Positions 11,190 to 22,543 of a stretch of DNA of 37,223 bases are shown in pieces. This stretch comes from Psammoneis japonica. Taxonomy: Eukaryota. The notes beneath the pieces are model-generated. The model made no database searches. It had not been told where the DNA came from and worked only from the letters and a program-made list of their open reading frames with translations. The stretch's first letter is position 1, and each line of letters starts with the position of its first letter. Location of the stretch: assembly GCA_008632985.1 (NCBI GenBank), contig QPGO01000118.1:186001-223223 (forward strand), read 5' to 3'. The translations under genes were made by a program, and so were the position numbers.

Positions 11190-14100
11190 TCATTTGTTGT
11201 GACAGTGGAACAAGTCTGTCTGCCGCCAATCCTGAAGAGATCTCACAAGTGACATGATGGTTGGATTTGCTGCGAGATGTGAATGTGGTGACAGCAGTGG
11301 TGGCAAACAATTGCTTGACAAAGAGTTCATCTGGCTTGGCAAACTGTCCCAGGAATGTGCACTTTGGGCCATTTGTTGTTTGTCTTCTGTGCAGTGCAGT
11401 GAACGATGGATGACAACGCCAGTCACATTCTTTGGCATGGCAAGCAAGATGAGCCTCTCATCACCTTTATCTCGCAACAATGCCGGGAATGTGTTTGGAA
11501 TCAGCAGTTGCTTCTGCAGCTCTTCATGCTCCTTTTGATCACCCGGCGCCAAGGGTTTGCCGTTGTGCTTGTGGAGGCTCGGGCAATTTTGGATGGTGTG
11601 CCTCGGTTTTCCACAGGCACTGCAATTTTTCTTCCTTGTCTTTGCCAGTGGAAGATGGTCTCCATCATTGGAAGACATCTTGTTGTCAGTTGGTTGCTTG
11701 GCAAATGCAGTCCCCTGGTTGATGCTTTTGTCGCATTTTGCCTGAGTTCATGCCTGGACCACTTGCATTGTTGGTGAGATGCTTGTGGCATTGGCCGCAG
11801 GACACCAGGCAATGGGTTTGCTTCTGGGTTTTGAAGAAGTTGTGGCTGGGCAGATTCAAAGGTGGCGTGCATGCTCAACCCACGTCTTGCTCGGTCGGCA
11901 ATTGTTTGGAGCAATGAGGAAAGTGCTGCCATGTTAGATTGGTTGCCTTGCACCAACCTCATGACATTTGACGCTTGAGAGGTCAATTCCTGGTAAGTGA
12001 GATGTGGAGACTCATCCTCTTTGTCAGAATTTCTGTCGAGCATGTTAACTGACGCGTTGTCATCATCGTTGTTGCTGTTGTCGTCACTGCCCTCGTCCTT
12101 GTCATCTTCAGAGGTGCATTGGCATTTGGTGTTAGAGGTGGATGCAGCATCTTCTTGTGGGACTTAACCATCACAATGGGGAGACCTGTCCTCTGATCCA
12201 TCCCCATCATGATTCTCGGTTGCCGAAAAAGTGTGCACATGACTTGGGGTTTCTGCCGAGTGCACTCGCTCCGACAGCCATCGAGGATGCCATTTCATCA
12301 GCACCAGTTTGCCATTGGAGCTCAGTTTGCACTGACACTGAGCACCAAACACGATTCGTAAAAGGCATGGACACCGTTCTCCTGATGGTGTGATGACACA
12401 TTCGTGACAGGTGATGTCCTTGCCACAAGGCCAAACGTGCTTTGAGTTGTTTTCTGCCGCACTGACTTGAAGGCACTTGCTTTTGTTTGTGGCACAGGTG
12501 CACAGATTCTTGTGTCCACATGAAGAAAAGGTTCTCTCAGCCAACTCGTCATCATTGCCAACTTGGCCTCTGTGTTTGGATTTGCACCAAGAGGAAATGA
12601 CGTGAAGATTGTCTTCCTCTTTTCTCTGCTTGCGCTTCAGAATTTCCTGGTGCTCAAGCAAGTGCTTTGTGTGTTCTGCAATCAACCAACTAGCACCAGC
12701 ACCAAGGTGAGCCACCAGACTTGCATGATTCTGTTCTGCAGCTGCAGAACCCTCAAGATTGAGATTCATTTCTGTTTGCCGCAGATGACACCCCGCACAG
12801 CACTCTGGGTTGCCATGAATTTCTTGCAGCAATGACAGTTTTGCGGCATCGGCCTCAACGGTTTCCGCTGCAGCATTGCGTGCAGTGTCCCACTCCTCTT
12901 TGCTTTTGGATTGGAGCATGCAGCAGAGTTGATTGCGGATGAGGGAACACAATGCAACTCCAAAGCATTCGTTGGATGGGAACACTTCTTCAAGCAGGTG
13001 GCAATGGTTGCCTTGGAGAAGGACGCGATTTTCAAAATCAACCTTTTCACTTTCTAGTGAATCAACAAAGCCTTGAGTTGTGTGCTGGTCGGCAAAGATG
13101 ATTCGGACATTGTTGATGCTCCAATGCGGCTCCATTTTCTCCATAGACAAGACTGTTCATTTGTGGTGCTTGTGGGCTTCCTTGACACAAATGCACTCAG
13201 TTGCACATTGAACTTTCATCTCACAGTCCTTTGCAGTTGGCCCAATGCATGGCCATCCTTGGCTGTTTGCACTGTCATTTCTGGCTGTCCAGGAAAAGAA
13301 TGTCACTGCACCAAATCAAGTCATGGCGCATTTCTGCTGTCATGCAGCAAATGTGGCTTCTGGGCGGCCGGTCCCATTGCGTTTCAAATGAAAGTCAAAG
13401 CCATGCAGCGACTTCTTAAATCCTCTGGCCAAACGCAGTGCATCCGAAGTGGACCCGTCCTCTTGCATTGTTTTCTTGAGCATCTTTCCAAGATTGACTC
13501 TGGTCAAAGAACTGTTGGCAACAACCAGTTTGTTGGCAGCAATGGGTTTCTTTGACATCAATTGCTTTAGATCTTCATGCCTGACTTCTTCTTCTTCTTC
13601 ATGATTCAGTGTCCAGTTGCTGACACAGCTGCGGAAGTTGCTCGTGCACTTTGCATCAGCATCCACGCATGAAAGCAAACACTTGAGGAGCTTGGGGTGG
13701 AGATCTTCAGCCTTCATGCTTGGCTTCACACAAAGATCCTCTGCAGTGCTCTGCAGTCCTTGCAAGCTGGGTTGAGTGCGCCACTGCCTTGTTTTGCCTT
13801 TCGACAACACACCGTGTTCAGCTCACAGGTGTGCTGATGCACCGCCGATGTCATCTTCACTTTGCAGAAAATGTCTGGCCAAACCTTCTTTGCAAAAGGA
13901 TCCTTTTTCTTCTCTACAAAGCCATGCATTGTGCGGAATGGGCATTTGCACTGGCTTTTCACAGTGGGGCCGACGTTTCTGCGGTTGGATCCTTCAGCCA
14001 GTGGCTGGACCTTCTTTTTCTTTTTGGTCTCAGAGAAGTGGCAGCAGACACTTTTCTGTTCATGCACTCCCACTGCTCCCCACATCTCCAAAAATTCCCT

Positions 14101-14466
14101 TGCCGCCTGCACAAGCTGCACATGACTTGCAAACATTCGGCCTTGAGGAAACAGCTGCGCAGCCTTGCGTTCAAAGGCTGTCTTGCAACGCTCATTGTCT
14201 CTCTCTCGACTTGTCTCCTCATTGGAAGGAGCATGCTTTCGCATCTCCTCTTCCAAACCTGTGGTGACCCATTTCTTGGTTAAGAGCTCTTTGCTTTGCT
14301 TCTTGAGCTCGACTTCTGGTGTGTTGACGGCACCACACTGGCTGGCCCAGTCGGGCACATACAACGCATGAGACAAACTCATGAGACTGCAGAGTTCAGC
14401 CTGTTTGCTGTCCTTGCGGTCTTGATGAGCTCCACTCGTCATGAGATGGGTCTTCAATTTTTGCAA
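11190..14466 (-). pseudogene. MULE transposase remnant (FAR1/WRKY-like finger, DDE core, SWIM, CCHC knuckle), several frameshifts and stops
   Basis: CKCPF...HQHTC; DILFLDSQK (~13270-13310); GWPCIGP; RIIFADQ; GNHCHLL; SAAAEQNHASL; CPCLLRIVFGAQC; CSACGKPRHTIQNC, in MULE order across ORFs 13726-14466, 13340-13810, 12164-13150, 11501-12043 and 11190-11678. Confidence 0.85.
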
Positions 14467-15365
14467 CTTGCTGATGCTTCATCACATAAATTAGGGACTT
14501 GCTGACAACAACCCTGGGTTGGCAAGGAAGGGGTCATTCCAGCCCCTGTCTGCAGATCCGAAGGCCTTCACAAACCAAGAGAAGCCTCCATCTTAAGACG
14601 ACACAGGAGACACAATCAAAGCAACTGAACTGAGACAAGCAGAAAGAAAAAGGCAACAGATGGACTGTGAGCACTTGTTGTGACAGAGCCAATGCATGTG
14701 CATCATGTTGGTGGACAGAGACTTTCTCGTGAGCATCTCACCTTGATGACAGAGAGCAGAAGACAACACAGTTTCTTGTGGTGCTGCAACGTTTCCACAC
14801 AAATGATGTTTGCTGCACACGCTGCTGGCAGAGAGCAGAGAGATCGGCAGAAACTAGAGAAGATGATGCAGCGCAGCATGCGTGCGGTGCAGTTTGTGCC
14901 GCTTGTCGGTGGTTGATGTTTTCGCATTTTTCTGGTGCGTCAGGGTGGTTTGATGCCGGGGGGAACATCTTCGGGTCGAAAGAGTGATGTGGCAGTTTGC
15001 ATGTGAAGAACGAAATGACGTTCAATCATTTAACGAAAAAGTCGTGGTGAGAATTTGGTGAGGATCTCCGTGGTGAGGAATTGGCACTTCTCGTCCTTGG
15101 CAGACTGGGACACACGGCATTTTGTCGCATTTGGCGACATTTTCTTAAATGAATTGATGATTTGTCGCGAAAAGACGCGAATTGCGACAAAATGTCCGGG
15201 TTGGCGATAAACGGGACAGAAACATTGTTTAGTTATAAAATGATTAATGTCATTATTTATAACCAACCTGAACTTTGGCGATGTCGTTTCAATAAGTGGG
15301 GTAATTAACAGAATTTGGCGATCGATGTCATCGACGAAAATTAATTAATCCGACAAAATTTGTCC

Positions 15366-15441
15366 ACGACACGACAAGACACGACACGACACGACACGAC
15401 AAGACACGACACGACACGTCACGACACGTCACGACACGACG
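15366..15441. repeat. (CACGA)n pentanucleotide microsatellite inside the MITE
   Basis: acgacacgacacgac run with few variants. Confidence 0.95.
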
Positions 15442-15736
15442 ACTCACGAACGAAACACCCACGCCCCCCGCACACGCTAGGGCCCTAACCGCTAACGTCT
15501 CCGTTGACACTACCGGTATGTCTCTTTTGCACGATGATGCAAAGCGACGATCATGCCGCTCTCGGCGGTCTCCATACTCTCGTCAATACCGGGACAACAT
15601 CGTACGCTTCTACATAGTGCAACGGAATGTACCGGTATGTATTGCTGTACTGTACCTTTTATCAGTACGACTGGGCACTTCTGAATGTTGGGGAGCGTTG
15701 CGTTATCGGTATGTCGCAAACGTCCGTCTGTCGGCG

Positions 15737-15940
15737 TTTGTCGGCTCTTGTCGGCGTTTGTCGTACGTTGTCGGGGTTTGTCGGGGCTTGTCCGTCGGGG
15801 TTTGTCGGGGTTTGTCGGGGCTTGTCGGGGTTTGTCGGGGTTTGTCGGATACGACAAAATTTGTCGTACCTCCGACAAAATTTGTCGTACTTCCGACAAA
15901 ATTTGTCGTATCCGACAACATTTGTCGTACGTACGACAAA
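15737..15940. repeat. 10-bp (TTTGTCGGGG) and 21-bp (CGACAAAATTTGTCGTACYTC) tandem repeats inside the MITE
   Basis: 10-mers ~15737-15848, then near-palindromic CGACAAAATTTGTCG units ~15852-15940. Confidence 0.95.
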
Positions 15941-16437
15941 ATCGCCAAAACATTAATTAATAAGTACAGTCTTCGCAGAAAGTTAAATTCATCATGTTTT
16001 AGCACTGTAGTTGATATAACGTTTGTGTTTAGGACACGCCATCGCCAATTAAATGATGATTTTGTCTTATTTATCGCCAACGGTTGAAATTTGTCTCAAA
16101 GGGCGTTTTTCACGACAAATCGTCCAATTCATTTATGGGAATGTCGCAATTGGCGACAAAATGCCGTGTGTCCCTGGGCCAAATCTGAGTGGGCGAACAC
16201 CACTTTTTGGCGCAACTTGAGGGTCCGTCCGCCCTCCGTCAATTGCTTGGCGACAACGGAACTTCTTCGCATCTTTTGATTGATTGACAAAATGCTCTTC
16301 TCATGACAACTCATTCATTCTTTTCCTTATTACCCAGTAAGGAATTCCAGCTTTGCAATTTGCCTGTACTCCCATTCAACGTCGTGGAGCCTTTGTCAAG
16401 TCTTGGGGTGGTCTTTATGTCTCAGCAAGGTAGTGAA

Positions 16438-17892
16438 ATGAGAAGAAGAGATCAATGTTGTTTCACAAGAAGATTTTGCATTCTATTGCTGTGGTTACGG
16501 CCCGCAGATAGCTGGATGGAATGCGATGGTGGTGGTGTCTGTCCCGACTACTCTACTTGCTGTCCTTCGGAAACTCCCGGCGTTCCAAATTGTATAACTG
16601 GTCATCCAGAAAATCATACGGATGTCTTTCGAACGGGAGAGTGCTGCAATCTACAAACAGGATGTCCATATGGCTTTGGCTGTGCCGTCCAGGACAATGG
16701 CAAGGAATTCTGTGAACTCAACCGAACGGATCCTCCCAAAGATCACTTTCATGATCAGCCTCGATACACAATGTGTCAAATTCCCGATGTGAGCATGACT
16801 GAAATGCATGGATTTTCCTGGCCTACTTGGAACCACATGAAATTGGCGTATTTTTCCAACATGGGCATGCTGGAGGAACTAGAGGAGGATTCTGGAATTG
16901 AAAAAGTATTAATTTCTGTTCATGGATCGGGTCGAACCGCTGAAGATCATCTTTGTACCCTTCTTACTCTCATTACACCCGAGGATGAGGGCAAACTGTT
17001 GGTAATTGCACCAAAATTCCTAGCTCCTAGCGACAATGGTGCGGCAGATGGCTTTTTGGTTTGGGAAGATACGCCCACAGATCAGTATCCTTTGGGTCAT
17101 AGCTGGCGGTATGGATCCGATGCCTTGAATGGGTTGCGAAATGGCGAAACGAGTAGCTACCAAACTTTGGACATTATGGTTCATTTCCTGGCTGCTCGTC
17201 TCAAGAAATTGAAACAGGTTACAGTGATTGGACACTCTGCAGGAGGTCAAGTTGCCCATCGGTGGGCTCTGTTATCCAGCATTGACGAATGGAATCTTCC
17301 ACATTTGACAATGCGTGCTGTTCCGTGCAATCCGAGATCGTATTGCTATCTGGATGCCAGACGAGTCGGGTACAACAAATACCACGAGAAATCATTTCGA
17401 GTTCCATGCAAGAAGGATATTGAGCGGTGCCCAGACTATAACCATTGGAATTGGGGACTAGAACCGGGTGGTGACCTTTTTGTTCCATACAAAACTCGTG
17501 CATTGCAAAAGACACCTCGGCAAGACATGGCGCAAGAGTATGCCGCCAGAAATGTTGTCTATCTCACCGGTGAATACGACACGATTGAACAACTAGATCA
17601 TTGTTCGACCTATGATTGGCAAGGTCGCAATCGCCACAAACGAGCGCTTCACTATTTTCAAGGATTGCAAGGCTACTTTGCAACCAATCTTACTGCCCTG
17701 AGACACGAAATACACACAGTTCCAGAATCACCGCACGATCACACTCTCATGTAAGCTATGTGGAGTTTACTTTTGTTTTACCTTGTTTGTTTTGCTCACT
17801 AGGTTTCTTTTGCATGCTCTAGGTATCAAAGTGCCATTGGTCGAAGTGTTCTTTGGACTAGCTCTACGACAAAGGATGTTGCCCTAGACTAA
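16438..17892 (+). CDS. Secreted alpha/beta-hydrolase with N-terminal granulin-like Cys-rich domain; exons 16438-17750 and 17823-17892
   Basis: Hydrophobic leader FCILLLWLRPADS; C-CPDYSTCC...C...CC...CPYGFGC; VHGSGR; nucleophile GHSAGG; GEYD; intron GTAAGC...TCTAG restores HDHTLMYQSAIG and stop TAA at 17890. Start could be 16417 or 16303. Confidence 0.8.
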
Positions 17893-17929
17893 CTCTTACT
17901 CTAATTTTTGTTGGTTAAGCCATTGGAGA

Positions 17930-20200
17930 ATTGGGGAAGATTCGTGCTGTAGACTGGCATTGCCAATGGTTGTCGAAACGCGTGCATGCAAAGACTGCCT
18001 CCGGCTCTTGGCCCCTGACCCATGGCGGCACAATTCACGCCATAACAAACATGATGATGGGTGCAGCGCGCTGTTGGCTTTTTCCCCAACAAGACAAAGG
18101 GGCTCAGCAATGCCTCAATGGCTGTGGTTGGAAAGTGGGTGAGTTGCTTTTTCATTGACTTCCTTTGCTTTGCCTGGCAAAGTCCCCAGATTTGAGGCAC
18201 TGTGCAGCGGTGCAGCAGCCATTGCTGCACCATGAGGCTCACCTGAAATCTTCTTGCAGGCACTGAGCCTTGGTGTGCATGGTTGCTTCAGAGCTCTGTC
18301 CCCACAAAAGAGCCCCAGCTTGGCTGCTGTTGTTTCCCAAAGTCACAGCACATGTGCTGGCTGGTTTTTGGCCTGGCTGGGAGAGGGGCTTGTTGGCCCA
18401 TCTTTGTCAGTTTTGTCTCAACCAGATGACCCACCAAGCCTGACTGTCCACAAAGAAATGCACCCAAGGTGTCATGGTGGTGGAAGCTTCCCAAGTCGAG
18501 CACCCCATTTCCAAAACATTGTCACTTTGGTCCCACGGCTGCAGTGCTGGCTCTTGGCTCCTCCTTGTGCACCTGCACACAATGGCAGAAATTTTCTGTG
18601 CTGTCACAAGCATGACCATCACATTGTGCTTGTCTTTCTGACCACTCTCACTCAGGCAGAATGCAGGAATCATGCAATTTCTTTGCGGCATTTTTCAGGG
18701 CTGCAGCACCCCTGCAATGGATGCACATTTGAAGCTTCAAATGCTGCCGCTCCAGTTGGCCTGTGCCCATTTGCCAGGTTGAGGTTGCCACCAATTTTTG
18801 CCAAAATTGTCCCACTCACAGGCATGCTGGTGTGCCAACCAATGTGCCACATGACTTGAGGATGGATGCTCAGGGGTGGGGGTGGATGTTCATGATGGGC
18901 CACGAATTTCCTGCACACTTTGCTGCATCATTTGAAGCTGCCTCTGAACACCCCCAAACACTTGTGTGCTCAACAAACCTTCATCAGGGCTGTTGAACTG
19001 CTGCATGAGAGCTGCACATTTGAAGCTTCAAGTGCCATTCTAGTTGGCCTGTGCCCTGTTGCCAGGTTGAAGTTGCTGCCATTTTTTGCCAAAGTTGTGC
19101 CACTTGTGCCTCTCCAGGAAATGCCAAGAACAATTTGTGTTTGATTGGCTGTGGGGACACACCTGCAGTCAATGAGCTGAACTTTGTGCATGGCCACAAT
19201 CATTGCCCAGTCCATGCATTCTGTGATGTCCCAGGAATGGACAAAGAGTTCAGCCCATTGCTGGAATTTTCTTGGCAAGCACATGTGCATTCAGTGCAAG
19301 GCATCCAGGGTTTTTTCCAAAACATTTTGGGTTCACAAATGTTTGCCCTCACCCCTGCAGATCTGTCCTTGAAGACAGCCCAAGGGAGAGCCTCAGAGGG
19401 CCAGCTGTGCTGCTTGCTTGATCCAACAGATTGTGCCAAAAAAGAACAAACACAAGGCACAGCAAGCCGCTGGCTTTTTTCCTCCAACAGCGCAAGGAGG
19501 CTTGGCAAGTTTTCATTGCCATGGCTGTGGCTGGAGAGTGGGCAAGATTTTCATTGATTTCCCTTGCACTCTGTCCACCCTGACATTGCCTGGCAAAGAC
19601 CCCAGATTTGAAAAGACCGGTGTGTGCATGGAGCAGCACTCTGCACCGTGAGGCTTGCCCAAAATTTTTTGCAAGCAAGCCTTGGCATGCTTGGTTGCTT
19701 GAGAACTTCATTCTCCCACAAAAAAGAAGCCCCAGCTTGGCTGCTGTTGTTTTCCAAAGCCACAGCATGTGCTGGGGTGGCTTGGCAGTGGGGGGGGGGG
19801 GGGAGGCTTGCTCATTTTGGACCATCTTTGTTGGTGTCAGACGACCCACCAGCTGCCTGGGCAACTGACAACTGACGACTGAACCTGACCACCCACAAAG
19901 AAATGTGCCCAACAATGTGCCACAGTGGCAGCAGAAACTTTCCTAAATTGAGCACCCCATTTCCAAAAGGCAACGCTGTTGCTGACTGGCACAGCTGTGC
20001 AGCGCTGGCTTTGAGCTCCTGCTTGCTGGACGAGCTGCGGGTTGGAAAATTTCTGTGCCATCACAAGCAATGACCAGCACATTGTGCTCATCTTTCCAAC
20101 CCTTCTCACTTGGGCAGAATGCAGGGGTTGCTTGGCACAACAGCCCTGATGAGTGATGAGGGCTTGACGAACACACAAGTGTTTGGGGGTGCTCCGAGGG
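17930..20200. repeat. TpA-depleted domain 3 with diverged direct repeats (18065-18669 ~ 19460-20126; 18695-18815 ~ 18984-19105)
   Basis: Shared blocks ttgcctggcaaag.ccccagatttga, ccccagcttggctgctgttgttt, gagcaccccatttccaaaa, ggcagaatgcagg; and tgcacatttgaagcttcaa...agttggcctgtgccc. Confidence 0.8.
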
Positions 20201-20363
20201 AGGTCAAAATGACACGGTGAAGTGTGCGAAATGCGAGCTATTTTAAATTAGAGCGCTCAGCAAATCAGCGAGGAGAGAGGGGCGGGGGCCACCGCATCCA
20301 ATTGGGATGAACCGACCATCGCTTTGTCTACCATCTACCGTACCGTAGAGCATTGCGCTCTCT

Positions 20364-20370
<7 letters not shown>

Positions 20371-20398
<28 letters not shown>
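20371..20398. repeat. (AG)14 microsatellite upstream of the LRR gene
   Basis: Direct read. Confidence 0.95.
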
Positions 20399-20404
<6 letters not shown>

Positions 20405-20436
20405 AAAATAGCCTGAACGTGGAAAGCAACCGAAAA

Positions 20437-21793
20437 ATGCAAGCGAGGTCTCAAATCGAACCTGCACGTCGCCGTTCACCGCGGCTTCTTCATCGGCACT
20501 TACGAAAGGATCTTGTTCGTAAATTGGATCGAATTGCTTCAAACGATCGGGAACTCAAGATGATGACATGTTCTCTTGATGATTATGGGGCTGAAGCCTT
20601 GGGTTTGGCGCTGAGGCAACGAAGTTCCTTCGAAAAACCGCACGTCATCGGATGCCTCAGATTGGTGGATCGCGGTGACGCCTTGTCTTTCCGCGGAGTA
20701 CGGGCCATTGCTCAATGGCTCCTCGAGAGCTTCAGAAGTTTCAATTGCTCTGTTGAGATTGGAGATGAGGGAGCTGCGGAGCTTGTCCATCAGCTGTCTC
20801 TGGCCTGGGAAGCAGGATCATCCAACCACAACTTGAGTTGTATTTCTCTAGTTCGCAATGCCATTAGTGACGAGGGACTCTCTATCATCGCGAATGGTCT
20901 TATCGCAAATCCTTCTTGCACTCTACGGACATTCCAAGTCGCTTCGGATCGACTTTCTTTCGAAGGATGGCAACCTTTATGTCGAGCATTGCGTGTCAAT
21001 ACGTCGCTAACGACCTTGATGATCCATGGAATCGATGCGAAGGTTGCATATGCGCATTTGAAGAATTGAAGCACAACAAAACCTTGCAGACATTGCATTT
21101 AGAATCCAGCAGATTTGGTGATGTGGAAGCTGCTGCTCTCGGCGAGTTGCTGAAAATGAATGGTGCCAACGCACCAACGGGCCCTCCGCTCAAACAGATT
21201 TATTTCTGTGGCAACAATATAACTGACGAGGGTGCTATAGCGATCGCCGGTTCTCTCAAAGACAACAGGTGCTTGGAGCATCTTGATCTATCTTTTAACG
21301 AGATATCCAAGAGTGGGGCGTTGGCTCTTTTGAAGTCTGGCCCTCCTCTCAAACGGATTTATCTCTGTGGCAACAAGATCACTAACGAGGGTGTTATAGC
21401 GATCGCCGGTTCTCTCAAAGACAACAGGTGCTTGGAGCATCTTGATCTATCTTATCACGAGATTTTAGAGAGTGGGGCGTTGGCTCTTTTGAAGGCTGTT
21501 GAAACGAATTACACCATAACGCTACTTGACCTGTTGGTGCTCGCGATGAGAGAACAGTCTCATTGGTACGTCAGATCGATTTTCACTGTCTCTTGAATCG
21601 TGCGGGACGTCAGCATTTTGGAGACGTCTCCATGCCGTCATCCTTGTGGCCCCTCATCTTGACCAAAGATGGAATCAATGATAATCCAAGCGTGCTATTT
21701 GGGGTGATTAGAGAGAAGCCTGACTTGTTTCAGCGGCAACATCCAGTCGCTTCGCAGGGACAAGGTCGAAAACGACGCTATGACGAAACGTAG
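20437..21793 (+). pseudogene. RNI-like leucine-rich repeat gene with two frameshifts (~21040, ~21535); pseudogene or assembly indels
   Basis: 28-aa LRRs (LEHLDLSFNEISKSGALALL, NNITDEGAIAIAGSLKDN); C-terminal LLNRAGR...LWPLIL motif; three overlapping ORFs 20353-21069, 20916-21596, 21563-21793. Confidence 0.8.
21180..21494 (+). repeat. In-frame 159-bp tandem duplication (two LRRs, 53 aa) within the LRR gene
   Basis: ggccctcc.ctcaaac.gatttat at 21180 and 21339, with a long identical core. Confidence 0.95.
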
Positions 21794-21889
21794 AAAATTG
21801 TTGTTTTAGTCCAACACAAGTGCCACATCATTTTATTTTTAGAATAGAATGAGTCAACCCCAAAAGTATTGGTGATGCATTAGCTACGG

Positions 21890-22290
21890 CTGTCGGTGGG
21901 TTTCCGAAGCTCTCAATGACAAAAGGTGCTTGGAGTGTCTTGATCTATGGGAGAACGTGATTTCTGAGAGTGGCGCTTTGGCTCTTTTGAAAGCTGTTGA
22001 AACGAACGACTTGAACCGCAGACGAGTGATCGCGATGAGTAAACAGTCTCTTGAATCGTGCGAGACATCAGTATTTTTAAGACGCCTCCATGCAGTCGTC
22101 CTTGTAGCCCCTCTTCTTGGCCAAGGAAAGAATCAATGATCGAGATAAGCCTGAAATGTTTCAGCGGTACCATCCAGTCGCAGCGCAGGGACAAAAGGTC
22201 AAAAACGACGACATGATTGATTCGTTTTAGTCCGACACCAGTGTCACATAATAAAATAGCTTTGAAGTAAAATTAGCCAACCCCAAAAGC
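21890..22290 (+). pseudogene. Partial, deleted duplicate of the LRR gene 3' end and 3' UTR
   Basis: Matches ~21410-21870: ggtgcttggag..tcttgatctat, gtctcttgaatcgtgcg, catccagtcgc..cgcagggacaa, gttttagtcc.acac, caaccccaaaag. Confidence 0.85.
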
Positions 22291-22543
22291 AAACGAGACG
22301 CCTCAGAGCCAAGTGAAATGATAACGCGCTTCGGGTGACCCAAGACTTGCCGGGGAAGGAACACTCGGAAAGTGGATAGCAACTACGTTTGCGTCAACCG
22401 TCAGCAGTATCAAATGACGTTCATGGGGGGGGGTGCAAAAGAGCTCTCGCTCGTTGTTCAGCCGCATCCATGTTGTTTGTTTAGGCTTTACCCGTTCCTT
22501 CACCACCACCACCACCCCAAAAGAATTATGAAAGCCCCAGTAC

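Larger units (their letters stand above)
8400..15030 (-). mobile_element. TpA-depleted domain 2 containing a decayed Mutator-like (MULE) transposon and adjacent unassigned ORFs
   Basis: Compositional borders near 8395 and 15030; transposase remnants inside; true termini not identified. Confidence 0.75.
15108..16173. mobile_element. Non-autonomous TIR element (MITE), possibly PIF/Harbinger-like
   Basis: Ends GGACACACGGCATTTTGTCGC ... GCGACAAAATGCCGTGTGTCC (21 bp perfect), imperfect inverted match continuing ~120 bp; CTG on both sides (15105-15107, 16174-16176) as candidate 3-bp TSD; no credible ORF. Confidence 0.8.

Noticed and set aside
9280..15030. TIR pair for the MULE (gaaaaagcgaaaaccat at ~9341 versus reverse complement near 14920)
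   Set aside because: Match too short and does not extend; no TSD found.
15737..15940. CRISPR-like array of palindromic repeats
   Set aside because: Units are contiguous with no unique spacers, there are no cas genes, and the context is eukaryotic; the same applies to the 182-bp array.
15510..16087. Repetitive ORFs on both strands within the MITE
   Set aside because: Translations of microsatellites.
20353..20436. RE-repeat N-terminal extension of the LRR protein
   Set aside because: Non-ATG start running through an (AG)n microsatellite; first ATG is at 20437.
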